Source: Desulfobacteraceae bacterium UBA2156 (GTDB taxonomy: Bacteria > Desulfobacterota > Desulfobacteria > Desulfobacterales > UBA2156). From it: DNA of 64,000 nt. Positions 1 through 8,021 of this stretch are shown here, piece after piece. How positions within the stretch are numbered: position 1 is the stretch's first letter; each line of letters begins with the position of its first letter. The translations under genes and the position numbers were made by a program. Below the pieces are notes generated by a model that did not search any database, had not been told where the DNA came from, and was given only the letters and a program-made list of their open reading frames with translations. Location: positions 1,624 to 65,623 of the forward strand of contig DCWS01000077.1 of assembly GCA_002328165.1 (NCBI GenBank), given 5' to 3'.

Positions 1-81
1 ATCCGACCCGGGGGGAAACAGACCTCGGTGGGGGAGCGAAACTCGACCCATAACCTTTAAATGAAAGTGGAGTAATATACC

Positions 82-981
82 ATGTGCGGAATAGCTGGGT
101 TGATAACCCGGAATAACGAATCCCTTGGAACCGACTTGATCAACATGCTCAAGGAGCTGGTCCACCGAGGTAAAGATGCTACCGGGGTGGCGATTTATGA
201 AAAGCGTAATGATGTTCAGCTCAGGGCCTCGATGACCAGTGCGACCCATGAAAAAAGTCTCTTGGACATCATCCAGACTTATGGCAGGGTCACCCATTCA
301 AGAAGCTATCCCGGTTCCGGGATTTATACCTTTTTTGAAGGGTCCCTCGACATGGACCCGAACCAGGTGAGTCAAATGCATTGGGACATCGACTCCCATC
401 CCGAGCTTTGTGTCCATTCCATCGGCCGACAGCTCAAAGTATATAAGGATCAAGGATCAGCCGAGGACCTTCAAAAGTCTCACGAAATCCAGGTTGGCAG
501 GGGTACTCATGGCATCGGTCATGTACGGCTGGCCACGGAAAGCGTAGAGAACGTCAATTTTTCCCACCCGTATGTGTCATATCTTTACCCGGAGCTCTCC
601 CTTGTTCACAATGGCCAATTCACCAATTACTTCAACATGAGAAGGCGTCTTGAAAACAAGGGCATCCGGTTCAAAACTGCCAATGACACGGAAGTGGCCG
701 CCCACTTCATCGCATACGAGATGAAGGAGAATGGATATGACCTGGAGGGGGCGATTCATCTGGCGCTGGATACCTTTGATGGGATTTTTACCATTCTGGT
801 TGCTACGACCGACCGGATCGGGGCGTTTCGGGATCGGTTGGCGTTCAAGCCGGTTGTGGTTTATGAAAAAGAGGACGGCACTGTTCTCTTCGGGTCGGAG
901 CAGATCGCTTTAACCCCCATTGTTTCCGATGTCTATGCCACGGAGATGGAGCCAGGAGGAGTGAAGGTATGGTCCGTTTAG
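82..981 (+). CDS. Class-II (Ntn) glutamine amidotransferase subunit, glutamate-synthase domain-1-like (GlxB/MgsA type)
   Basis: 299-aa ORF beginning MCGIAGL (nucleophile Cys directly after Met). HGIGHVRLAT and VHNGQFTNY motifs are typical of PurF/GltB-type amidotransferases. Overlaps the next ORF by 13 nt. Confidence 0.8.
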   Translation: MCGIAGLITRNNESLGTDLINMLKELVHRGKDATGVAIYEKRNDVQLRASMTSATHEKSLLDIIQTYGRVTHSRSYPGSGIYTFFEGSLDMDPNQVSQMHWDIDSHPELCVHSIGRQLKVYKDQGSAEDLQKSHEIQVGRGTHGIGHVRLATESVENVNFSHPYVSYLYPELSLVHNGQFTNYFNMRRRLENKGIRFKTANDTEVAAHFIAYEMKENGYDLEGAIHLALDTFDGIFTILVATTDRIGAFRDRLAFKPVVVYEKEDGTVLFGSEQIALTPIVSDVYATEMEPGGVKVWSV

Positions 982-1673
982 ATATAAATGAGATGAGTAC
1001 ACGGGATGTGAATCAAAAGCTGAGGGAGTTGATCCTGCAAGATGATGAAATTGTGGTCGAAAACCCCCATTCGGTTCATAACTTTGCCACAGCTCTAAAA
1101 GGAAAAGGGACGATTACGGTGGAGGGAAGCACCGGTTTTTACACCGGCGGATTTTTACAGGGCCCCACCGCTATCATCAAAGGGAATACCGGTTGGTATA
1201 CGGGGGACAACATGGGTGACGGAGAGCTCATTGTTGGGATGAACACCGGCAGCAATTGCGCACCCTCCATGGGGGGCGGTACCATTTTGGTTAAAGGGCA
1301 CAGCGGCAGCCGGGCCGGTTGGGGAATGAAAGGCGGCAACCTGATCATCTGCGGCAACGCCGGTTTGTGGAGCGGTAAAATGACCATGGGAGGACGCATC
1401 ATCATTTTGGGCACTGTGGGCCGGGGGATCGGCGAATCGATGTACAGAGGAATTATCCATGTCCTCGATCCAGAAGTCGAAGATAAACTCGGCGGCAATG
1501 TCATGGTCGTACCGATCGAGGATAAGGAGAAGAGAGAAGTAGAAACTCTTTTCAAAAAATACGGCATCGAACAAGCTGTAGATGGTTTTAGAAGCATCGT
1601 TCCGAAGGTTTATGGGCGACATGAGTACTTTTTGTTTAAACCAACCCATCAGCAGACAGGAGCGCAATCATGA
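969..1673 (+). CDS. GXGXG-repeat subunit, glutamate-synthase domain-3-like (GlxC/MgsB type)
   Basis: 234 aa with repeated G-x-G-x-G beta-helix motifs (GSTGFYTGG, GNTGWYTGD, GHSGSRAGW, GNAGLWSGK). ATGA overlap with the next ORF. Confidence 0.8.
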   Translation: MVRLDINEMSTRDVNQKLRELILQDDEIVVENPHSVHNFATALKGKGTITVEGSTGFYTGGFLQGPTAIIKGNTGWYTGDNMGDGELIVGMNTGSNCAPSMGGGTILVKGHSGSRAGWGMKGGNLIICGNAGLWSGKMTMGGRIIILGTVGRGIGESMYRGIIHVLDPEVEDKLGGNVMVVPIEDKEKREVETLFKKYGIEQAVDGFRSIVPKVYGRHEYFLFKPTHQQTGAQS

Positions 1674-2962
1674 CGGAAAAAGAAAGGAAACCAAGGGCAA
1701 AGGATGTCCAAAGGGGTATCTGGAATCAAGAGGCCATCGCCGAGGTCAAATATAAAGCCGATATGGGCAAGCATCGTATCCGTGGCTGTGGGTCTACAAA
1801 AAAATATCCCACCTTTGACGATCTTTTAATCCTGCCTTCCCAGCTATCGCGTCTGTCCATCGATACATATCGTGAGGATTGTAAAACTCAGACGGTTCTC
1901 GGTGCAAGATATGCAAAAAAACCGCTGGTTGTTGAAACACCCATTCTGATTTCAGGCATGTCCTACGGTGCCTTGAGCAAAGAAGCCAAAACCGCCCTGG
2001 CCAAGTCGACCCAGACTGTCGGGACCTCAATTAATAATGGTGAGGGTGGTCTATTGCCCGGGGAAAGTGAGAACTCTTATAAACAGGTCGTTCAAATAAC
2101 GCCTAGCCGAATGGGATTTTCTTTGCGAAACATTGAGGCCGCCGATGCCCTGGAACTGGTAACCGGCATCGGTGCAAAACCCGGTCTTGCCGGTCATCTG
2201 ATGGGAAACAAAATTACAAAGGAAATTGCGGAATTCAGACAGCTGCCCGAAGGTATCGATCTTCACAGCCACCCCCGGCATGGGGACATCTTTGGCGCGG
2301 ACGATATGGTGCTCAAGGTCGAGGAACTCAGAGACGTCACCGACTATGAAATCCCCATTTTTGTAAAGATTGCTGCAGGCCGTGTCAGAGAGGATGTCAA
2401 AATCGCCGTGAAGACCGGCGTGGATGGGATCGTCATCGATGGTGCTGAAGCAGGTACAGGAGCTGCGCCGGTGGTTGCTTCAACTCACCTGGGCATTCCG
2501 ATCCTGCCGGGGTTGGTCCAAGGCGCTCGCGCCCTGGAAGAGATGGGGGTAAAGGAAGAAGTCAGCCTGATTGTTTCGGGCGGTATCAAGGATGGCGCAG
2601 ACGTTGCAAAGGCGTTGGCCCTGGGAGCGGATGCGGTGGCCATCGGGACTGGGGCTATGGTTGCAATGGGGTGTGTGGTTTGTCTCCGGTGTCACGAAGG
2701 AAAGTGTGCATACGGTATCGGCACCCAGGATTCGGAGCTGCGGAAACGGTTGGATACCGATGCCGCTGCCCAACGGGTGGCCAACTATATCCAGGGCATG
2801 ACCTATGAAGCCGTAATCCTTGCGAAGGCTGCGGGCAAAACCGCTTTGGCGAATATGGAGAGGGAAGATCTGCGTTCTCTGACCCTGGAGGCCTGCGCAA
2901 TGACCGGAACGCCCCTGGCCGGAACAAACTTCGCATTTACCGAACCGTTTGGTTTTTTTTGA
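1670..2962 (+). CDS. FMN-dependent glutamate-synthase domain-2-like subunit (GlxD/MgsC type)
   Basis: 430 aa. SGMSYGALSKEAK...NNGEGG and IVIDGAEAGTGAAP motifs of the GltB FMN domain, plus a Cys-rich CVVCLRCHEGKC segment. Confidence 0.8.
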   Translation: MTEKERKPRAKDVQRGIWNQEAIAEVKYKADMGKHRIRGCGSTKKYPTFDDLLILPSQLSRLSIDTYREDCKTQTVLGARYAKKPLVVETPILISGMSYGALSKEAKTALAKSTQTVGTSINNGEGGLLPGESENSYKQVVQITPSRMGFSLRNIEAADALELVTGIGAKPGLAGHLMGNKITKEIAEFRQLPEGIDLHSHPRHGDIFGADDMVLKVEELRDVTDYEIPIFVKIAAGRVREDVKIAVKTGVDGIVIDGAEAGTGAAPVVASTHLGIPILPGLVQGARALEEMGVKEEVSLIVSGGIKDGADVAKALALGADAVAIGTGAMVAMGCVVCLRCHEGKCAYGIGTQDSELRKRLDTDAAAQRVANYIQGMTYEAVILAKAAGKTALANMEREDLRSLTLEACAMTGTPLAGTNFAFTEPFGFF

Positions 2963-2974
2963 GAGTGAACTGAA

Positions 2975-3301
2975 GTGTTGAGCATGCGGATAGACGATCA
3001 TCCCATATTGGGAACGTTTGAAAAAGGCCAGAAGGTTTCCTTCGTATTTGATGATAAAGCGATGGAAGGTTTTGAAGGGGAGCCGATTGCCGTTGCCCTC
3101 CGAAGCAACGGTGTGAAGATCCATCGTTACACGATGAGGAGAAATCAGCCCCGGGGCATTTTCTGTGCCATCGGACGTTGCACAGATTGTATCATGGTCG
3201 TCGACGGCACGCCGAATGTGCGAACCTGTGTGGAGCCGTTGCAGAAAGGGTCGGTGATCCAGACTCAAGTTGGCGCCGGTCCGGAAGTCACGAGGAAGTA
3301 A
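2975..3301 (+). CDS. Small [2Fe-2S] subunit (HcnA / opine-oxidase / sarcosine-oxidase-alpha N-terminal type)
   Basis: 108 aa. GEPIAVAL..NG and CAIGRCTDCIMVVDGTPNVRTC are characteristic of the 2Fe-2S domain that partners HcnB/OoxA-type flavoproteins. The start could also be ATG 2984. Confidence 0.7.
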   Translation: MLSMRIDDHPILGTFEKGQKVSFVFDDKAMEGFEGEPIAVALRSNGVKIHRYTMRRNQPRGIFCAIGRCTDCIMVVDGTPNVRTCVEPLQKGSVIQTQVGAGPEVTRK

Positions 3302-3304
3302 ATC

Positions 3305-4393
3305 GTGCGCAGATGTGAAATGATAAGTGTCGGAGCCGGTCCTGCGGGTTTGGCCGCTGCCACCGAAGCTGCCAGAAACGGTGTTGAAGTTTTAGTTTTT
3401 GACGAAAATGACCGGCCCGGTGGACAGCTTTTTAAACAGATTCATAAATTCTTTGGGTCAGAAGAACATCATGCCAAGGAGCGGGGTTTTGATATCGGAT
3501 ACGGTTTTCTAGAGGAGGCTGAGAAGCTGGGGGTCGAAGTCTCTTTGAGCTCTGTGGTCATGGGAATCTATGAGAACCGGACGATGAATGTCCTGATCAG
3601 AGATCGGATTGAGCAGGTAAGGGCGGAAAAGATTTTGGTTGCCACCGGTGCGTCAGAAAACATGATTCCATTTCCAGGCTGGACTCTGCCGGGCATAATC
3701 GGCGCTGGAGCGGCCCAGACCATTGCCAACATTCATGGAATAAAACCGGGCGAGAATCTGCTTATGGTCGGGTCGGGGAATGTCGGGCTCGTGGTGGCTT
3801 ATCAGATGCTTCAAGCGGGTTGTCAGGTTTCAGCCATCATAGACGCTGCTCCCCGCATCGGTGGATACGAGGTTCATGCGGCCAAGGTGGCTCGATATGG
3901 TGTCCCGTTTTTCATGTCCCATACCATCACGGAGGCGGGCGGAGAAAAATGGATTGAAAGTGCGACGATCAGCCAGGTCGATAAAGAATGGAAGCCGATT
4001 CCAGGGACCGAAAAAAAATTTGAACTCGATACGGTCTGTATTGCAGTGGGTCTCAACCCAATGACGCAGCTCCTGGATATGTTAAGCTGCAAAATGGTAC
4101 CTGTCCCGTCTCTGGGCGGAAGGGTTCCTGCGCATGACCTGGGCCAGGAAACGTCTATTCCGGGTATTTATGTAGCCGGCGATTCGTCCGGTATTGAGGA
4201 GGCCAGCACAGCCATCATCGAGGGCCGGATTGCGGGATTGGCGATTGCGCACAGCTTGGGATATATAGATGACTCGTCCTTTCTGGAACAACGTGATCGG
4301 CAATTCAAAAGCATGGTGGGGCTGCGGAGCGGTTCCCACGGAGAGGCGCGGAAAATAGCAAAAGAATATATAAATGCAGTGATGAAAGGATAG
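3305..4393 (+). CDS. FAD/NAD(P)-binding pyridine-nucleotide-disulfide oxidoreductase subunit (HcnB/OoxA/LhpF-like alpha subunit)
   Basis: 362 aa. Two Rossmann motifs (VGAGPAGLAAA..E and MVGSGNVGLVVA) and a C-terminal GIYVAGD FAD motif. Confidence 0.75.
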   Translation: MRRCEMISVGAGPAGLAAATEAARNGVEVLVFDENDRPGGQLFKQIHKFFGSEEHHAKERGFDIGYGFLEEAEKLGVEVSLSSVVMGIYENRTMNVLIRDRIEQVRAEKILVATGASENMIPFPGWTLPGIIGAGAAQTIANIHGIKPGENLLMVGSGNVGLVVAYQMLQAGCQVSAIIDAAPRIGGYEVHAAKVARYGVPFFMSHTITEAGGEKWIESATISQVDKEWKPIPGTEKKFELDTVCIAVGLNPMTQLLDMLSCKMVPVPSLGGRVPAHDLGQETSIPGIYVAGDSSGIEEASTAIIEGRIAGLAIAHSLGYIDDSSFLEQRDRQFKSMVGLRSGSHGEARKIAKEYINAVMKG

Positions 4394-4397
4394 TTTC

Positions 4398-4901
4398 ATG
4401 TCCAAGGGGATGTCAGAAACAGGATATCTCTCAGATGAAGAGCTGGATAACGGTCCTGGTATCCCTTCCGAGGGGAGACGGCGTAGAGGCCCGGTGGCGG
4501 TGCTTGAATGCATTCAGGATATCCCCTGTAACCCCTGCGAAGCGAGTTGTCCGGAAGGTGCTATCCAGGTGGGTGAGGACATCACCAATCTTCCCCATCT
4601 GTTGGAAGAGAAATGTATCGGATGTCAATCCTGCTTACCCGTTTGCCCTGGACAGGCTATTTTTTTAGTCGATGAAAGTTCGACGGAAGACGTTTCCAGG
4701 GTAACAATGCCATACGAATTTTTGCCATTACCGGAAAAGGAAGAGACTGTCATCGCATTGGATCGTGCCGGGCAGGAATTGGGCGATACAACGGTCATAA
4801 GAGTTCGGAAAACAGATAAAATGGACCATACTGCTTTGGTCACCATTGAGGTGCCGAAAGAATGGTCCATGAGAACCAGAGCGTTTAAATTAAAACGATA
4901 A
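4398..4901 (+). CDS. Ferredoxin-domain protein (2x[4Fe-4S]-type motifs) with extra C-terminal domain
   Basis: 167 aa. CNPCEASCPEGAI and CIGCQSCLPVCPGQAI motifs. Lies directly between the flavoprotein gene and the first shell gene. Confidence 0.7.
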   Translation: MSKGMSETGYLSDEELDNGPGIPSEGRRRRGPVAVLECIQDIPCNPCEASCPEGAIQVGEDITNLPHLLEEKCIGCQSCLPVCPGQAIFLVDESSTEDVSRVTMPYEFLPLPEKEETVIALDRAGQELGDTTVIRVRKTDKMDHTALVTIEVPKEWSMRTRAFKLKR

Positions 4902-4924
4902 CTCAAACCAGGAGGAAATGAAAA

Positions 4925-5206
4925 ATGAACGAACAAGCGCTGGGTATGGTAGAGACCCGAGGACTGGTAGGTGCCATTGAGGCTGCCGATGCCATGGTCA
5001 AAGCCGCAAAAGTGAGATTTGTGGGAAGGGAATTTGTAGGTGGCGGTCTTGTGACGGTTTTCGTCCGCGGGGATGTTGGTGCGGTTAAAGCGGCAACAGA
5101 TGCCGGCGGTGCGGCGGCCGGAAGGGTGGGCGAACTCATCTCAGTACATGTCATCCCAAGGCCTCACGGAGACGTTGAGTTTACTATTCCCAAGGCGGAA
5201 GAATAA
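4925..5206 (+). CDS. BMC-H shell protein (PduA/EutM-type hexamer)
   Basis: 93 aa. [24 protein letters not shown]...[11 protein letters not shown]...VHVIPRP is a canonical single BMC domain. Good RBS (aggagga) upstream. Confidence 0.9.
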   Translation: MNEQALGMVETRGLVGAIEAADAMVKAAKVRFVGREFVGGGLVTVFVRGDVGAVKAATDAGGAAAGRVGELISVHVIPRPHGDVEFTIPKAEE

Positions 5207-5334
5207 CCGTTTCACATTGTGTTGAACCGAAACAGCGAGTGCATTCCCCGCAGCTTGTCGAAGTGCAGCGTAGATTTATTCGCCTATGGAGTATCCTTAC
5301 ATTTAAGGTTGCGGAGTTCTTCAATCTTGATTTT

Positions 5335-5355
5335 GAGAGGGGTTCCTCTCTTTTT
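5335..5355 (+). terminator. Hairpin plus T-run inside the BMC operon (possible partial terminator/attenuator after the first BMC-H gene)
   Basis: gagagg-ggtt-cctctc followed by ttttt, within the unusually long 190-bp gap between 5206 and 5398. Confidence 0.4.
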
Positions 5356-5397
5356 CAGGGAAGATTTGCGTTCGGTATTTTGTGAATTCTCAGAGAT

Positions 5398-5700
5398 ATG
5401 GCTCTAAACATTCAGTTTATAACCCACCCCGGACCCGGTGTCATCAGCATCTTGATGACCCGGATGAGCACATCCGGTCGAAAAACGGTTGAAATGATCG
5501 ATTTGAGCGCCGTTGGGCTCGTCCAGGGTCGTTTGATAGATATGATCTACGCGTCTGATATCGCAGAGAAGTCTGCAAACGTTCAGGTTTTTGATCTCAA
5601 AGGAACCTGTCCGCAACATCTGACGATGATCGGTATTTTTGGCGAGATTGCGGCTGTGAAAGCCGCGCTGGATGCCATATCCGCTGAGGAGGGATTGTAG
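5398..5700 (+). CDS. Circularly permuted single-domain BMC shell protein (EutS/PduU-like)
   Basis: 100 aa. AVGLVQGRLIDMIYASDIAEKSANVQV...GEIAAVKAALDAI aligns by eye to the permuted PduU/EutS order. Confidence 0.65.
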   Translation: MALNIQFITHPGPGVISILMTRMSTSGRKTVEMIDLSAVGLVQGRLIDMIYASDIAEKSANVQVFDLKGTCPQHLTMIGIFGEIAAVKAALDAISAEEGL

Positions 5701-5762
5701 CAGTGGATTTCATCGATTTGGTGTAATCCGATCATTGTAAACAAGCGTAAAGGTAGTTGGGT

Positions 5763-6053
5763 ATGATACTCGGTAAAATTGTCGGAGATGTCTGGTCGAC
5801 CAAAAAGAATGACAAAATCCATGCGTTAAGACTTCTCTTTGTCCAGCCCCTGGGGAAGGATTTAACCCCGTGCGGAGAAATGCTGATTGCTGCAGATGAG
5901 ATTGGGGCAGGGATGGGGGAGATGGTAATTGTCACTCAAGGCGCACCGGCCATGCAGGCATTTAACAAAGATTCGTTGATTCCTGTGGATGCCGTGGTGG
6001 TCGGTATTGTCGATAACCTTGAAATACCGGAAAAGCCAGACGCCGACGGATAA
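5763..6053 (+). CDS. BMC-P vertex pentamer (EutN/CcmL family)
   Basis: MILGKIVGDVWSTKK...LLFVQP...IAADEIGAGMGEMVIV..G...VDAVVVGIVD is a typical EutN/CcmL pattern. ATG 5763 is preferred over the TTG at 5757. Confidence 0.85.
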   Translation: MILGKIVGDVWSTKKNDKIHALRLLFVQPLGKDLTPCGEMLIAADEIGAGMGEMVIVTQGAPAMQAFNKDSLIPVDAVVVGIVDNLEIPEKPDADG

Positions 6054-7391
6054 ATGATAAAACAGGAGATTGTAGAAAAAGTCAGGGCCGCAGGCGTCGT
6101 AGGGGCAGGTGGCGCCGGTTTTCCCACCCACGTCAAACTCGAAGCGGATGTTGAAAGGGTGCTCGGGAACGGGGCATCCTGCGAACCGCTTCTGATGAGC
6201 GACCTTTTTTTGGTGGAGAACGAGTCAGAAGATATTCTCAGCGGCCTTTCCATGGTGATGCAGAGCACTGGGGCCGGACGTGGAACCCTCTGTCTCAAAG
6301 AGAAACATTTCGAAGCCTTTGGCACACTGGAAAAAATGATCTCAAAGCACAAAATAAAAGATATCGATATTTTTAGACTGGGTGATTTTTATCCGGCAGG
6401 CGACGAAATGGTTTTGGTCTATGAAGTAATGAATCGGGTGGTGCCTGAGGGTGGCTTCCCGCTACAGGTGGGGGTTGTGGTAAATAATGTTGAATCTCTT
6501 CTCAACATTGCCCGGGCTGTAAAAACCGATAAACCCGTTACCGAGAGATATCTGACCGTTGCCGGGGAGGTGCAAAAAAACTTGGTTGTGAAAGTGCCGG
6601 TCGGTATTTCTGTGGGTGAAGTCATAAACCTTGCCGGCGGTGCAACCATTAGTGATTTTAAAGTTATTGTCGGGGGACCGATGATGGGGCAGGTTGTCAC
6701 CGATCTTTCCACGTCGGTGGACAAGACCACAAGTGGAGTAATTGTTCTACCCATCAATCATAATGTCATTGCCGGCAAAACAGATGATCCGGAAAGAATC
6801 AGACAGATTACCCGTTTGTTTTGTTGCCAGTGTTCGCGGTGCACGGATCTGTGCCCAAGGACACTGCTGGGTCATTCCCTTGAATCCCATAAAATTATGC
6901 GGCAACTAGGGGTCGGGTCCCAGCTGGTCTCCGAGGCGTTGTTAGAGGATGCGCTCATCTGTTCAGAATGCGGCATATGTGAAAAGTTTGCATGTCCGAT
7001 GATGATTTCTCCACGGGAGGTCAATGCACAGATCAAGAGAGAAATGATGGAAAAAGGTGTCGACAGATCTCCCAAAAAGATCGACTATCAACCCTCGGCT
7101 TTCAGAGATGTTCGTAAGATCCCAACCAAAAGGCTTATGGAACGTTTGCAGGTGAGCCGGTACGACCAACACCCTGAAATTTTTACAGGGAAAATAGAGG
7201 TAAAAAAAGCAACGATTCCGTTAAAGCAGCACATTGGAGCACCGGCAATACCTGTGGTTAAAACCGGAGACCGTGTCGATAAGGGAGATCTCGTCGGGGA
7301 GATTCCGAATAAGACATTGGGTGCCAGGGTCCACGCCAGCATCTCCGGTGTGGTGGAATCCGTGGGAACGGACGTTGTAATCCGACAATAA
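6054..7391 (+). CDS. PduS/RnfC-like Fe-S flavoprotein (NADH-binding SLBB-type, two 4Fe-4S motifs)
   Basis: 445 aa. N-terminal GVVGAGGAGFPTHVKL, then CCQCSRCTDLCP and CSECGICEKFACP cluster motifs. Located inside the shell gene block. Confidence 0.8.
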   Translation: MIKQEIVEKVRAAGVVGAGGAGFPTHVKLEADVERVLGNGASCEPLLMSDLFLVENESEDILSGLSMVMQSTGAGRGTLCLKEKHFEAFGTLEKMISKHKIKDIDIFRLGDFYPAGDEMVLVYEVMNRVVPEGGFPLQVGVVVNNVESLLNIARAVKTDKPVTERYLTVAGEVQKNLVVKVPVGISVGEVINLAGGATISDFKVIVGGPMMGQVVTDLSTSVDKTTSGVIVLPINHNVIAGKTDDPERIRQITRLFCCQCSRCTDLCPRTLLGHSLESHKIMRQLGVGSQLVSEALLEDALICSECGICEKFACPMMISPREVNAQIKREMMEKGVDRSPKKIDYQPSAFRDVRKIPTKRLMERLQVSRYDQHPEIFTGKIEVKKATIPLKQHIGAPAIPVVKTGDRVDKGDLVGEIPNKTLGARVHASISGVVESVGTDVVIRQ

Positions 7392-7469
7392 AAGGTGGAA
7401 CCTTTGAAAAACATCGCTTTTTGCCCAAAATAAAAATCAGCATTTTTCAAAGATCTCTAGGTGTAACGA

Positions 7470-8021
7470 ATGGATTATAAGGCCATCGGGCTCATTGAAA
7501 CAAATAGTGTTGCCAAAGGAATTGAGTGCGCCGATGAAATGATCAAGGCAGCTGCCGTGGAGCTTTTGATGGCCCGCAGCGCATGTCCGGGCAGATATTT
7601 GGCGATGATCTCAGGTGATGTAGATTCAGTCGAAAATTCCGTCGATGTTGGAAGCGAAGTGGCCGGCGAGTTTCTTGTTGGAATATTTATCATTCCCAAT
7701 GTGCATTCAACGGTCTTTCCGGCTTTGGGCTGTGTCACCCCGATGCCTTCGATGAATGCCCTGGGTATCATCGAAACATTTTCCACTGTTTCTTGTATTG
7801 TTGCGGCCGATGCCGCGGCAAAAGCAGGGGATGTTGAACTGATTGAGATTCGCTGTGCCACAGGTCTGGCCGGGAAATCCTATGTCACACTGACCGGCGA
7901 CGTCGGATCGGTTAATGCTGCTGTTGATGCCGGTATCGCTGAAGTGGCGGAAGAAGGGATGATACAGAGCCATGTGGTTATCCCTTCCCCAAGCAAGGAG
8001 CTTTTTTCAAGACTGGCATAA
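7470..8021 (+). CDS. BMC-T tandem-domain shell protein, PduT-like with conserved pore cysteine
   Basis: 183 aa with two BMC domains (AIGLIETNS..., ALGIIETFS...). ARSACPGRYLAMISGDV aligns with the PduT segment TICPGKFLLMLGGDI that carries the [4Fe-4S]-ligating Cys. Confidence 0.8.
   Translation: MDYKAIGLIETNSVAKGIECADEMIKAAAVELLMARSACPGRYLAMISGDVDSVENSVDVGSEVAGEFLVGIFIIPNVHSTVFPALGCVTPMPSMNALGIIETFSTVSCIVAADAAAKAGDVELIEIRCATGLAGKSYVTLTGDVGSVNAAVDAGIAEVAEEGMIQSHVVIPSPSKELFSRLA

Noticed and set aside
1-81. Possible riboswitch or leader upstream of the first gene (G-rich segment ggtgggggagcgaaactcgaccc)
   Set aside because: The element is truncated by the window edge. It does not match the glycine, cobalamin or glutamine riboswitch cores as I remember them, so there is too little sequence to support a call.
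1139-1667. Two long minus-strand ORFs (152 and 170 aa) opposite the GXGXG gene
   Set aside because: They are antisense shadows of a Gly-rich, GC-rich coding region. Their composition is low-complexity and Pro/Ser/Ala-rich, with no start context. The sense-strand ORF has clear family motifs.
2480-3268. 262-aa minus-strand ORF overlapping the FMN-subunit and 2Fe-2S genes
   Set aside because: It lies antisense to two well-supported genes and spans their junction. It has no recognisable motifs. Typical shadow ORF.
4903-5154. 83-aa Ala/Pro/Thr-rich minus-strand ORF
   Set aside because: It is the antisense shadow of the Ala/Gly/Val-rich BMC-H gene.
5219-5407. 62-aa + strand ORF in the gap after the first BMC-H gene
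   Set aside because: It has no RBS and no protein-like pattern, and it runs across a hairpin/T-run. It is treated as intergenic (see the finding on the attenuator).
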